A DNA stretch of 42,205 bases from Candidatus Aenigmarchaeota archaeon CG_4_9_14_3_um_filter_37_18 (GCA_002789635.1 PFTQ01000065.1:1-42205), one strand, 5' to 3'; counted from the stretch's first letter, positions 25,716 through 33,660 are shown. The notes: generated by a model from the sequence alone, not told the origin. Numbers and translations: made by a program.

Positions 25716-27769
25716 AAATGTTGATAAATGGCTTGGCAATTAGTTTCATTTCAGCTTTTATTGCATTAGGGTATGCATTCTATTTAGCAATAGGGATAAA
25801 CAAACATAAGATCGGAAATAAAAAAATGAAGGATATATACGAAGCTATAAGGGAAGGATCTAAAGCCTATCTAAAAAGGCAGTACAAGACTATTATCTAT
25901 ATTTCAGTTGTTTTAGCGGTTTTACTCTATTTTGCGTTTGATTTTTCAGGGAACAAATTTCCCTACACATCTTTAGCATTCACTCTAGGCGCTATCTGCT
26001 CGTTAGTTGCAGGATATGTTGGGATGGATGTAGCAACAAAAGCTAATGCAAGAACAGCCTACGCTGGATTGAAAGGAATCAATGAACCAGTCCAAATCGC
26101 TTTTAGAGGCGGGTTGGTTATGGGCTTGTTCAATGTAGGAATGTCTTTACTTGGTGTGTCTGCATTATTCTACTTCTACGACTCTAACCCACACATGATT
26201 ATTGGTTTTGGGTTTGGAGCCAGCCTGTCTGCGTTATTTGCCCAGCTTGGTGGTGGAATCTTCACAAAAGCCGCGGATGTCGGGGCGGATTTGGTTGGAA
26301 AGGTTGAAGCTGGCATTCCAGAAGACGATCCAAGAAACCCAGCAGTTATTGCAGATAATGTTGGCGATAATGTCGGGGATATTGCAGGCAGGGGTGCAGA
26401 CCTTTTTGAGTCATTAACCGGGGAAAATATCGGGGCGATGATAGTAGGATTATCATTATACGCGCTGACAAAAAATTTCTTTTTTGTCTTATTTCCGCTT
26501 CTGGCTAGGAGTGTTGGAATATTCGGAACTATATTCGGCGTCCCGTTTGTTAAAGTGAAAGGGGGGGAAGACCCTATGCGCGGGCTGACAAGAGGTGTTA
26601 TAGCGACAACTTTGTTCTGTATAGTTGGCTTCTATTTTCTGATTAGATTCACTTTGCATAATGTCAACCTATTTTATGCAGGCATGGTCGGTCTGGTCGC
26701 AAGCATTGTAATGATCCTGATAACAGAATACTACACATCAAAGAAGTATAAGCCTGTCAGGGATATAGCAGAAGCGTCTAAAACAGGCCATGCAACAAAC
26801 ATAATCACAGGATTTGCAACAGGCCTTGAAAGCACAGCTTTGCCAGTTATCGTAATATCAATTGCCATTCTTATATCATACTACTTTGGGACTATATTTG
26901 CAGCTCAGGCTAATATAGATAGTTTCATTGGGGGCATATATGGGACAGCTGTTGCAACTATGGGAATGCTATCAATAGCTGGCATGGTTCTTGGATTGGA
27001 TGGTTTTGGGCCTATTGTCGACAATGCAGGCGGCATTGTTGAGATGTCTGGGGGAAGCAGTAAACTGAGAAAAATTACTGATTCTTTAGATTCAGCAGGG
27101 AACACTACCAAAGCATTAACAAAAGGTTATGCGATGGCTTCTGCTGGTTTGGCTGCATTATTGTTGTTCCAAGCATATCTGGAAGTCACTAAAATAACTG
27201 TTGTTGATATAGTTGTCCCGAAGATAATTGTCGGGTTGTTTATCGGGTGTTTGTTGCCGTTTATTTTTGCTTCATTCGCGATCAGGGCTGTGGGAAAAGC
27301 AGCTTTCAAGATGGTTGAGGAGGTAAGAAGGCAGTTCAAAGAAATACCTGGAATAATGACGGGCAAAGCAAAGCCAGACTATTCAAAATGCATTGAAATA
27401 AGCACAGTTGCTGCCCAGAAGGAGATGATCCTGCCTGGGTTGATACCAATAGCCGTCCCGATATTGATTGGGTTCACTTTAGGGGCTGAGGCCGTCGGGG
27501 CATTGCTTATAGGCGCAACCTTGACTGGGTTTATTTTGGCGATGATGATGAACACAGGGGGGGCAGCCTGGGATAATGCCAAGAAATACATAGAAGACGG
27601 ATTCTTGGGTGGAAAGGGATCTGAGGCTCATAAAGCCGCGGTAACCGGAGATACTGTCGGAGACCCATTCAAAGATACAGCAGGCCCATCACTTCATGTG
27701 CTAGTAAAACTATTAAATACTATATGCCTAACATTTGGTATGCTGTTTGTGCTGCATGCATTGTTGTGA
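25712..27769 (+). CDS. hppA: Membrane-bound H+-translocating pyrophosphatase, K+-independent type
   Basis: Canonical V-PPase motifs (DNVGDNVGD, GGAWDNAKK, GDTVGDP). GNTTKA has Lys (codon 27110..27112) where K+-dependent enzymes have Ala. Confidence 0.95.
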   Translation: MKMLINGLAISFISAFIALGYAFYLAIGINKHKIGNKKMKDIYEAIREGSKAYLKRQYKTIIYISVVLAVLLYFAFDFSGNKFPYTSLAFTLGAICSLVAGYVGMDVATKANARTAYAGLKGINEPVQIAFRGGLVMGLFNVGMSLLGVSALFYFYDSNPHMIIGFGFGASLSALFAQLGGGIFTKAADVGADLVGKVEAGIPEDDPRNPAVIADNVGDNVGDIAGRGADLFESLTGENIGAMIVGLSLYALTKNFFFVLFPLLARSVGIFGTIFGVPFVKVKGGEDPMRGLTRGVIATTLFCIVGFYFLIRFTLHNVNLFYAGMVGLVASIVMILITEYYTSKKYKPVRDIAEASKTGHATNIITGFATGLESTALPVIVISIAILISYYFGTIFAAQANIDSFIGGIYGTAVATMGMLSIAGMVLGLDGFGPIVDNAGGIVEMSGGSSKLRKITDSLDSAGNTTKALTKGYAMASAGLAALLLFQAYLEVTKITVVDIVVPKIIVGLFIGCLLPFIFASFAIRAVGKAAFKMVEEVRRQFKEIPGIMTGKAKPDYSKCIEISTVAAQKEMILPGLIPIAVPILIGFTLGAEAVGALLIGATLTGFILAMMMNTGGAAWDNAKKYIEDGFLGGKGSEAHKAAVTGDTVGDPFKDTAGPSLHVLVKLLNTICLTFGMLFVLHALL

Positions 27770-27778
27770 GGGGAATGA

Positions 27779-28360
27779 ATGTATAAGATAGCAACGATTA
27801 AGACGAAAATAAAAGTCCCGCCTACAAAGTTTGGGATGAGCCTTCAAAAAGCCATAAAGGAGAGCATCGCAGATTCTTATGAATGCAGGTTAGACAAGAG
27901 GATAGGCATGGGCTTGGCAGTGACAGAAATAAAAGAGATAGGGGAAGGAAAAATAATCGCAGAAGATGCAAGCATTCATTACCCAGTTACTTTTGATATT
28001 TTAAGCTTTAAGCCAGAGGTCCACGAAATTGTAACCGGGGATGTTATTGACAACACTGAGTTTGGAAGCTTCATAAGAATAGGCCCAATGGATGGTTTAG
28101 TCCATGTATCCCAATTGATGAATGATTATGTTAGCTTTGATGAGAAAAACTCGATTTTTTTAGGGAAAGAAAGCAAAAGGACCCTTAAAGAAGGCGACCC
28201 TGTCAGGGGGAAGGTCATCTCTGTGGCTATGATGCCTGGGAAAGAGAACAAGATCGGATTAACAATGAGGCAGCACAATCTTGGGGCGTTCAGCTGGATA
28301 GAAGACGAAAAGAAAAAGTTTAGAAAGGTTCTGAAAGAGACTCCGAGCAAGAAGAAGTGA
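27779..28360 (+). CDS. rpoE: DNA-directed RNA polymerase subunit E' (Rpo7) with an S1 domain
   Basis: Rpb7-like N-terminus followed by an S1 fold (G.V......FG.F...GP.DGL.H.SQ). Confidence 0.9.
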   Translation: MYKIATIKTKIKVPPTKFGMSLQKAIKESIADSYECRLDKRIGMGLAVTEIKEIGEGKIIAEDASIHYPVTFDILSFKPEVHEIVTGDVIDNTEFGSFIRIGPMDGLVHVSQLMNDYVSFDEKNSIFLGKESKRTLKEGDPVRGKVISVAMMPGKENKIGLTMRQHNLGAFSWIEDEKKKFRKVLKETPSKKK

Positions 28361-28557
28361 TAAAAATGGTTAAAAAACAATATGTATGCAGGAACTGCAA
28401 GATGTTTACCACAGAGAAAGAATGCCCTAACTGCAAGAGCAAGGACTTGTCAGCCAGCTGGAAGGGCGTGGTTATAATCAATAAAATGGAAGACAGCGAG
28501 ATTGTAAAAGCATTGAAAGTTAATAAGCCAGGAAAATATGCTCTATTTGTCGGCTGA
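28357..28557 (+). CDS. spt4: Transcription elongation factor Spt4 / RpoE''
   Basis: CRNC...CPNC zinc ribbon followed by W.G...I. There is a 4-nt overlap with rpoE. Confidence 0.85.
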   Translation: MIKMVKKQYVCRNCKMFTTEKECPNCKSKDLSASWKGVVIINKMEDSEIVKALKVNKPGKYALFVG

Positions 28558-28983
28558 TTTTGTGCTTTCTTCGGGTTGTTCAGGTTTTTCTTCTGCTTTT
28601 TTCTGTTCTTTAGCCTCTGGTTTAGATTCCTTGGGTGTTTCTTTTGGTTTTTCTTGGGTTTTAGTCTCTTCTTTTTTAGGCTTTTCTTTGGTTAATTCCT
28701 CTTCAAAGACATGGCCCCACATCTCTGCCTTAACAACATCATTGTCGTCTTCATCCTTAACTTTTATTGCCTTGATCTTGATTTTTTCAGGGGGTTTCTT
28801 AATGCTTCTATACCATATCGCTTTGTTTATGCTTGCCCCTATCTTGATGTTGTCTGCTTTCATGTGCCTCTTTAGGTATTTCCTGACTATAAATGAAGAT
28901 GCGTGGGATTTTCTTGTTTTTGGGCCTTTCAGGGCTTCTTTTCTTAGGTTTATTGTAAAGACCTTTTCTTCCATAAGCATCAA
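28543..28983 (-). CDS. rpl31e: 50S ribosomal protein L31e with a Lys/Glu-rich C-terminal extension
   Basis: The L31e core is INLRK........R...A...VRKYL.RHMK...I.I....N.AIW.R....PP..I.I. Residues ~94..146 form a K/E/P-rich tail. Confidence 0.9.
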   Translation of the reverse strand: MMLMEEKVFTINLRKEALKGPKTRKSHASSFIVRKYLKRHMKADNIKIGASINKAIWYRSIKKPPEKIKIKAIKVKDEDDNDVVKAEMWGHVFEEELTKEKPKKEETKTQEKPKETPKESKPEAKEQKKAEEKPEQPEESTKSADK

Positions 28984-29129
28984 CTCTATATTAGGGTGGA
29001 AAGTTTAAAAGGTTTGAGTTGAGTTTTTTCATCGGGGAAGTTGCCAAAATTTCATCCGTTAGTTAGACATTTAAGCCTATACTGAAAGTTTATATCCTAT
29101 GAATCAAATAACAAGAAGATATACTGCAA

Positions 29130-29363
29130 GTGGTTCCAAAGTTAATGACCTTGGTGAAAGAGGTTTTTGGACGGGTGTATTTACATATCCTTTGTGCCAA
29201 GGAGCTGAATGTGAGGAATATCAAGATGGTAGATGCTCCTTCAGAGTATATTGTGAAGCCTTTTAACGAGGAGAGAATGGGTGCCTTTGGGATAAATCTG
29301 GAAAAACTAATAGAATTTATATCAAATCAAAAAAAGCGTGTTTTTAAATTTCAAGATACCTAG
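29130..29363 (+). CDS. Hypothetical small protein (doubtful)
   Basis: ORF only, with a non-ATG start in the track. Its 3' end overlaps the convergent 29344..29703 ORF by 20 nt. Confidence 0.25.
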   Translation: MVPKLMTLVKEVFGRVYLHILCAKELNVRNIKMVDAPSEYIVKPFNEERMGAFGINLEKLIEFISNQKKRVFKFQDT

Positions 29364-29703
29364 AATTTTGTACATCATATATTTGATTAAGTCTCCAGTT
29401 TCCTGTATAATGCTCGCTTAATTTTCTTAATAATTCTCCTTCTGAACCCGCTTCTAATATCCAATATTCCCCTCCATCATAGAATGGTCGTGTCGCATCT
29501 AGCGCAACAAACCCGCATCCACCTAGTCTTATTACAGATACTTGATGGGAAATTTGATAAATAATCCTTTCGCCAATACGATCGTCAGATCTGGTAGTGT
29601 ATATTCTAGAATTTGGAAATTCCCTCTGTAATATTTTGCCTAAATCATTTGAGATAAAAACGCATTGACTGAATATTCTTTCAACTGACCATTCTCTTCT
29701 CAA
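29344..29703 (-). CDS. Hypothetical protein
   Basis: ORF with non-repetitive, globular-looking composition. No family was recognised. Confidence 0.45.
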   Translation of the reverse strand: MRREWSVERIFSQCVFISNDLGKILQREFPNSRIYTTRSDDRIGERIIYQISHQVSVIRLGGCGFVALDATRPFYDGGEYWILEAGSEGELLRKLSEHYTGNWRLNQIYDVQNSRYLEI

Positions 29704-29792
29704 CTATTTAATCGCAGATTCATATGTCATAAATATTGCTCAGGTTTTTACTCTCAGTATGGATTTAAATTTTTAACGATGTATCTATTATC

Positions 29793-30101
29793 ATGCTTAA
29801 ACAAGTGCCAGATAGAATAGATAGAATAACTAGAGGTATACCATTGCCTTTTGATCCTCTTCCAACCGTTGTGGTACATCACGGGGTTGATCACAAAGAA
29901 TCAACAATATCCCTTAGCCTCGTGGGAGTTTCCAAATATTTTTTTGTTGAGGGTACAGGGAGGCACATAGCAATATCAGATATAGAAAGACTTCCTATAG
30001 GCGGTTTACCGTTTAATGAAAATGAATATATCGTTGTGGAGCTTGATTGGAAAACGTTTAAACAGTATTGCCAACCCTACAGGCAGGTCAGTTATTGTTA
30101 A
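29793..30101 (+). CDS. Hypothetical protein
   Basis: ORF diverging from 29344..29703. No family was recognised. Confidence 0.4.
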   Translation: MLKQVPDRIDRITRGIPLPFDPLPTVVVHHGVDHKESTISLSLVGVSKYFFVEGTGRHIAISDIERLPIGGLPFNENEYIVVELDWKTFKQYCQPYRQVSYC

Positions 30102-30144
30102 CTTGCAAAGATCTTCTTCTCGCCTTTCAAACCAATCCACTCAT

Positions 30145-30179
30145 TTATAAGTCTTCTCTAACACAAATATTATTCATGA
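30145..30179 (+). repeat. Left copy of a 35-bp perfect direct repeat (ghost copy of the KH-gene promoter and start codon)
   Basis: TTATAAGTCTTCTCTAACACAAATATTATTCATGA is identical to 31922..31956. The flanking bases differ on both sides. Confidence 0.95.
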
Positions 30180-30204
30180 TTTGTCGACAAAAAACTGATT
30201 ATAT

Positions 30205-30480
30205 TCATTCTGAATTCCGAGAAGTAGAATCAGGTATTAACTCTGTTAATATTTTATACGCCTTTGGTAGATCTTTATTCTCAAACAAAAAGAACACTTC
30301 AGTTTCGATGTTAGACGTTCCAATCATATTTACATTATTGAAAGCTAGATTCTTGCTAAGAAGATAAAAGAATCCTGGTGTTGTAATATACTTTTTTGGA
30401 ATATACATGAGAATTATATCAAGATTATTTCTTGTAGTGACAATCTCATCTTTACTAAAAACTTTCAAAAATTTCTCCAA
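30205..30480 (-). CDS. Small ACT-like (ligand-binding fold) protein
   Basis: ILMYIPKKYITTPGFFYLLSKNLAFNNVNMIGTSNIETEVFFLFENKDLPKAYKIL follows the ACT/ACT_7 pattern (..G..tpG....is..La...iNi...s..e..i..lv...d..ka...L). Judged by eye only. Confidence 0.4.
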   Translation of the reverse strand: MEKFLKVFSKDEIVTTRNNLDIILMYIPKKYITTPGFFYLLSKNLAFNNVNMIGTSNIETEVFFLFENKDLPKAYKILTELIPDSTSRNSE

Positions 30481-30800
30481 AAGGAATGGAAAGACCTCCT
30501 AAAAAGAGCCAAAAAGAATAAACTGAAGATAGTCTTATTTACCAAGGAAGCACAGATAAGTAAAACATACGAAGAGTATATTGATAAGATGAAGGATAGA
30601 GTTTTTGATTCCATTAACATTATAGGAATGGGTGTTGTTGGACCAAAGGAAAAAGTAACTAGTTTTTCTGGCGACTTGACTTTGTTAAGATAGACTATTG
30701 TGTTATCCTGAATTGTTTGCAGCCTTCTCGTACCTATAAAATCTATCGAATCAGAAAGGAAGTGATCTTGATCGTTCAAACCAATATTCCTACAGTTCAT
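30465..30800 (-). CDS. Hypothetical protein with a soluble N-terminal half and two predicted TM segments
   Basis: The ATG follows the HEPN stop with no gap. The C-terminal half (LSFILSIYSSYVLLICASLV, IFSLFFLALF) is hydrophobic. Caveat: a plus-strand frame (30349..30690) is also open here but lacks a start codon. Confidence 0.35.
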   Translation of the reverse strand: MNCRNIGLNDQDHFLSDSIDFIGTRRLQTIQDNTIVYLNKVKSPEKLVTFSFGPTTPIPIMLMESKTLSFILSIYSSYVLLICASLVNKTIFSLFFLALFRRSFHSFWRNF

Positions 30801-31241
30801 TCAATTGTTTTCTATCTCTTTCCTCAAAATTTTAAGAATTTCTTCCCCGCATTTATCCCAAAAACCCAGTATTTCCTCTGTTTGGGGTATAGAAGTTCTG
30901 AAGCCCCTGTAATTCACATCATGCCTGATTTTCTTAAACCTGCCAAGGGAATTTAATTTGACTTTATCTCTTATATCAAATTCCTTGAGGATTTCCATGC
31001 TAACCTCATGATTCCCAGGCTCAAACCCAAGAAGCCCTAATTTGACATCCCCCAACTGCCGAATGGATTCATAAACTTCCCTAAAAATAAGAGTTGCTGT
31101 GTCTTTATTTAGTTTAATGGACTTGGCGACTTTTGCATTTATCTCTGCGGAGTTCATCATAGCCTTTATTTTCTCAATATCCTTCTGCTTATTCCTCAGA
31201 ACGCCGATTTTGAGCCAAGCGGAAATAACCTCTTTCCTCAT
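30801..31241 (-). CDS. HEPN-domain protein (toxin-type partner of the nucleotidyltransferase)
   Basis: R-x5-H motif RFKKIRHDVNY near the C-terminus, about 145 aa, and an ATGA overlap with the upstream MNT gene. Confidence 0.78.
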   Translation of the reverse strand: MRKEVISAWLKIGVLRNKQKDIEKIKAMMNSAEINAKVAKSIKLNKDTATLIFREVYESIRQLGDVKLGLLGFEPGNHEVSMEILKEFDIRDKVKLNSLGRFKKIRHDVNYRGFRTSIPQTEEILGFWDKCGEEILKILRKEIENN

Positions 31242-31822
31242 TTTTTAACCTCCAAAAATCCCCAAAGCAAAATGCCGTTTGCAATGTTGTTGAATACTCC
31301 TATATCTATATCGCTCCTGCTGAATAAATGTATTTGGATTTTTCTTCCTATAATCTGCTCAAACTCAGCAAGCTCCCTTAATCCTGTGATCTGGTATTCT
31401 TTGGCTTCATCGGTTTCTATGGCTATATCAATATCCGAATTCGACAAATCCTCGCCTTTCCTGAAGCTGCCAAACAAAACTACGGCTCTCGGATTCTTGT
31501 AAAAATCCACCAGAAACTCAACTAGACCGCTTCTATACACAAAATCGAGATTATAGACTATTTTGCTCCTTATGTAGAGCCAACTTGTTTGATTTGCCTT
31601 TATTCTCCATATTTTGCTCAGCTTCTCTATAGTTATCAGTCCTGCTTCTTGGAATTCCCCTAAAATTCCCCCGATATTCGGCTTTGCAATCCCCGCTTCT
31701 CTTGCAAGATCGCTTAGACTAAACTCCTTTTCTGGGTACCTGAACAAAACTTCTGCGACCTTTTGTTTAGCGGTTTCATCATATAACTTATGGTATTTTT
31801 TATGAACAATCGGTTTCATCAT
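31238..31822 (-). CDS. wHTH-fused minimal nucleotidyltransferase (MNT)
   Basis: N-terminal wHTH (FSLSDLAREAGIAKPNIGGILGEFQEAGLI) followed by the pol-beta NTase signature LFGSFRKGEDLSNSDIDIAI. Confidence 0.83.
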   Translation of the reverse strand: MMKPIVHKKYHKLYDETAKQKVAEVLFRYPEKEFSLSDLAREAGIAKPNIGGILGEFQEAGLITIEKLSKIWRIKANQTSWLYIRSKIVYNLDFVYRSGLVEFLVDFYKNPRAVVLFGSFRKGEDLSNSDIDIAIETDEAKEYQITGLRELAEFEQIIGRKIQIHLFSRSDIDIGVFNNIANGILLWGFLEVKK

Positions 31823-31921
31823 ATTACATATGTTATAAAATAGAACTATATAAACTTTACGCTTGTCAAATTTGCATCATTTTTAACGAAAAGCCATATA
31901 TTCTCCTTGAATCTGCAAGGC

Positions 31922-31956
31922 TTATAAGTCTTCTCTAACACAAATATTATTCATGA
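31922..31956 (+). repeat. Right copy of the 35-bp perfect direct repeat; the functional promoter and start of the KH-domain gene
   Basis: Identical to 30145..30179. It contains TTATAAGT (31922..31929) and the ATG at 31953. Confidence 0.95.
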
Positions 31957-32453
31957 AATACCCAATCTGCAAGCTATGCCTGAAGAACGAAATCCTATGC
32001 GGCAGCTGCGCTAAAAGAGTAGGCGAAAGCCTGATTAAAATCGACGAGATAGAAATGTTTAGAAAGCTCGAAAAGCTGACTAGAAAGTATGCCTTGCTGA
32101 AAGATGTGGAAATACAAAGGATAATAGACAGCCCAAACATGCTTCTTATACTAGCTGGGAAAGAAAACGCGTCCAAAATAATCGGGAAAGAAGGCGGAAT
32201 GATCAAGAAATTGAGCCAAGACCTAGGGAAACAGATAAGGGTTATTGCCGGCATGTCCAATCTTGAAGATTTTGTAAAAGAGATTTTCTTCTCAACAAAC
32301 ATACTCGGAATAAACGTAATTTATGGGGAAAGGGATATGTATAAAATAAGGCTGCCATCAGCAGAAAGAGAAATACTGCCGATAGACCCTGACAAGTTCT
32401 CGAAGGCTGCTAATTCTATCTTTGGCGTGGATGCTGAGCTGGTTTTTGAGTAG
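31953..32453 (+). CDS. NusA-like KH-domain protein with an N-terminal zinc ribbon
   Basis: CKLC....CGSC, then a KH GXXG loop in IIGKEGGMIKKL. Confidence 0.72.
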   Translation: MKYPICKLCLKNEILCGSCAKRVGESLIKIDEIEMFRKLEKLTRKYALLKDVEIQRIIDSPNMLLILAGKENASKIIGKEGGMIKKLSQDLGKQIRVIAGMSNLEDFVKEIFFSTNILGINVIYGERDMYKIRLPSAEREILPIDPDKFSKAANSIFGVDAELVFE

Positions 32454-32494
32454 GGTTTAGGGATTATTTATTTTATAAAATTAATATCCTCTGT

Positions 32495-33106
32495 ATGGAA
32501 ATTGAGATTTCTAAAAAGACGATAAAACTAGAGAAAGAGCTCAATTTAGTGGATGAATTTGTTATAGATGTTTCTAAAATATTGGGAGAATACTTCAATT
32601 ACGTAATAGTCTCCGGTTATTTGCCTATCCTTTTTGGCAAGGTTAGGGGAACAGAAGACGTGGATGTTTTTATCGAAGAGGTATCACTTGAAAAATTCAA
32701 AGAATTCTGTGAAGAACTTGATAGAAGGGGCTATGAAATCCTGAATTCAAAAGATGCAGAAGACGCCTACGATATATTGAAGGAAAGGCTTGCTATTAGG
32801 CTGTCAAAGGAAGGCGAGTTTATACCTAATTTTGAATTGAAGTTCCCAGAAGATGTTTGGGGAACAAGGTCTATTAAGGAGAGAATTAAGGTTGTGCTGA
32901 ATGGGAATGAGTTTTTCATAAGTTCAATTGAAATGAATATAGCATTCAAGATATACTTGGGGAGTAGAAAGGACATAGACGATGCATGCCATCTCTACTT
33001 GTTATTCAAAAAGCTAAAGCATTTAGACGAGGGAGAGATAAAAAAAATTTGTTCTGAACTAGGGGTTACCCCAGATATACTAAAAAGGTGTAAAGATGAG
33101 GAATGA
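32495..33106 (+). CDS. Nucleotidyltransferase-fold protein (DUF2204-like)
   Basis: SGYLPILFGKVRGTEDVDVFI (a G..x..DxD NTase-type motif) and a C-terminal ISSIEMNIAFKIYLGSRKDIDDACHL pattern. Confidence 0.6.
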   Translation: MEIEISKKTIKLEKELNLVDEFVIDVSKILGEYFNYVIVSGYLPILFGKVRGTEDVDVFIEEVSLEKFKEFCEELDRRGYEILNSKDAEDAYDILKERLAIRLSKEGEFIPNFELKFPEDVWGTRSIKERIKVVLNGNEFFISSIEMNIAFKIYLGSRKDIDDACHLYLLFKKLKHLDEGEIKKICSELGVTPDILKRCKDEE

Positions 33107-33260
33107 ACTGGAAAAAAAGTTGATTGACGAAAAGATAAGGTTCACGAGGATTTGGGTAGACCACATGCTAAATTCAACTAACAAGAAGTGGAGCTCTGAA
33201 CAGAAGAGGTTCATTAATTCTATAATAGGGGCCAGCAGGAAGAATAAGATTGATTCATAG
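33096..33260 (+). CDS. Possible 54-aa ORF overlapping the end of the NTase-fold gene (below the ORF-track length cut-off)
   Basis: Hand translation: MRNELEKKLIDEKIRFTRIWVDHMLNSTNKKWSSEQKRFINSIIGASRKNKIDS. Its ATG overlaps the upstream gene by 11 nt. Confidence 0.3.
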   Translation: MRNELEKKLIDEKIRFTRIWVDHMLNSTNKKWSSEQKRFINSIIGASRKNKIDS

Positions 33261-33363
33261 GTATCCTGAGTGTTTCTTTAGTAAGTAGAAGGGTTTTTCA
33301 AGGAAATATATATTAGCAGGAAAAATTGAAAAACGATGGATTTATATATGAATTAATATAATA

Positions 33364-33383
33364 AATTATATAGAATTATATAG
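33364..33383 (+). promoter_or_regulatory. Perfect tandem 10-bp repeat (AATTATATAG x2) just upstream of the wHTH/RelE-like pair; candidate TATA box or operator
   Basis: Read directly. It is followed by GGGAGA and the ATG at 33393. Confidence 0.35.
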
Positions 33384-33392
33384 GGAGATAAT

Positions 33393-33656
33393 ATGCTACA
33401 ACAAAAAATAATCCATTACCCAAACCTTAAGACAGTCCTTATGGTCGAAGAAGTGCTTAAAAATGCAGAAGAACCATTGACTAAAACACAAATTAAAGAG
33501 ATGCTGCCAAAATCAATAATGCACCAAACACTAAGTCTAATTCTAGAGTATTTCGAGAGCAGAGGGATGATAGCTTTCACGAGCCATGGGATAGTATGGA
33601 TATATAACCCTAGCCCAAAATTACAAGCCGCGATTGAAAGAGGTGTGGTGGTTTAG
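33393..33656 (+). CDS. Small winged-helix protein, antitoxin-like
   Basis: 87 aa with a wHTH-like pattern (LTKTQIKEMLPKSIMHQTLSLILEYFESRGMI). It lies immediately upstream of a RelE/ParE-like ORF. Confidence 0.55.
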   Translation: MLQQKIIHYPNLKTVLMVEEVLKNAEEPLTKTQIKEMLPKSIMHQTLSLILEYFESRGMIAFTSHGIVWIYNPSPKLQAAIERGVVV

Positions 33657-33660
33657 TTTT

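Larger units (their letters stand above)
30180..31921 (-). mobile_element. Candidate inserted cassette (four coupled ORFs including MNT-HEPN) bounded by the 35-bp direct repeats
   Basis: Bounded by perfect direct repeats. All ORFs lie on one strand, with a 4-nt overlap, a 0-nt gap and a 16-nt overlap between them. No recombinase gene lies inside. Confidence 0.4.

Noticed and set aside
28543-28557. 15-nt convergent overlap of the spt4 and L31e 3' ends
   Set aside because: The overlap is real but trivial in a compact genome. No structure or extra signal was seen beyond the shared terminator space.
30068-30367. 99-aa plus-strand ORF spanning the left 35-bp repeat
   Set aside because: It runs antisense to the ACT-like ORF, contains the duplicated ghost start codon (30176), and has junk-like composition. 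It is explained by the repeat rather than by a real gene.
30349-30690. Plus-strand open frame reading ...KEWKDLLKRAKKNKLKIVLFTKEAQISKTYEEYIDKMKDRVFDSINIIGMGVVGPKEK...
   Set aside because: It looks protein-like but has no ATG, GTG or TTG near its 5' end. Its first third is antisense to the ACT-like ORF. Lys-rich text is expected as the antisense of a hydrophobic TM-coding segment. It is kept only as an alternative reading in the cassette finding.
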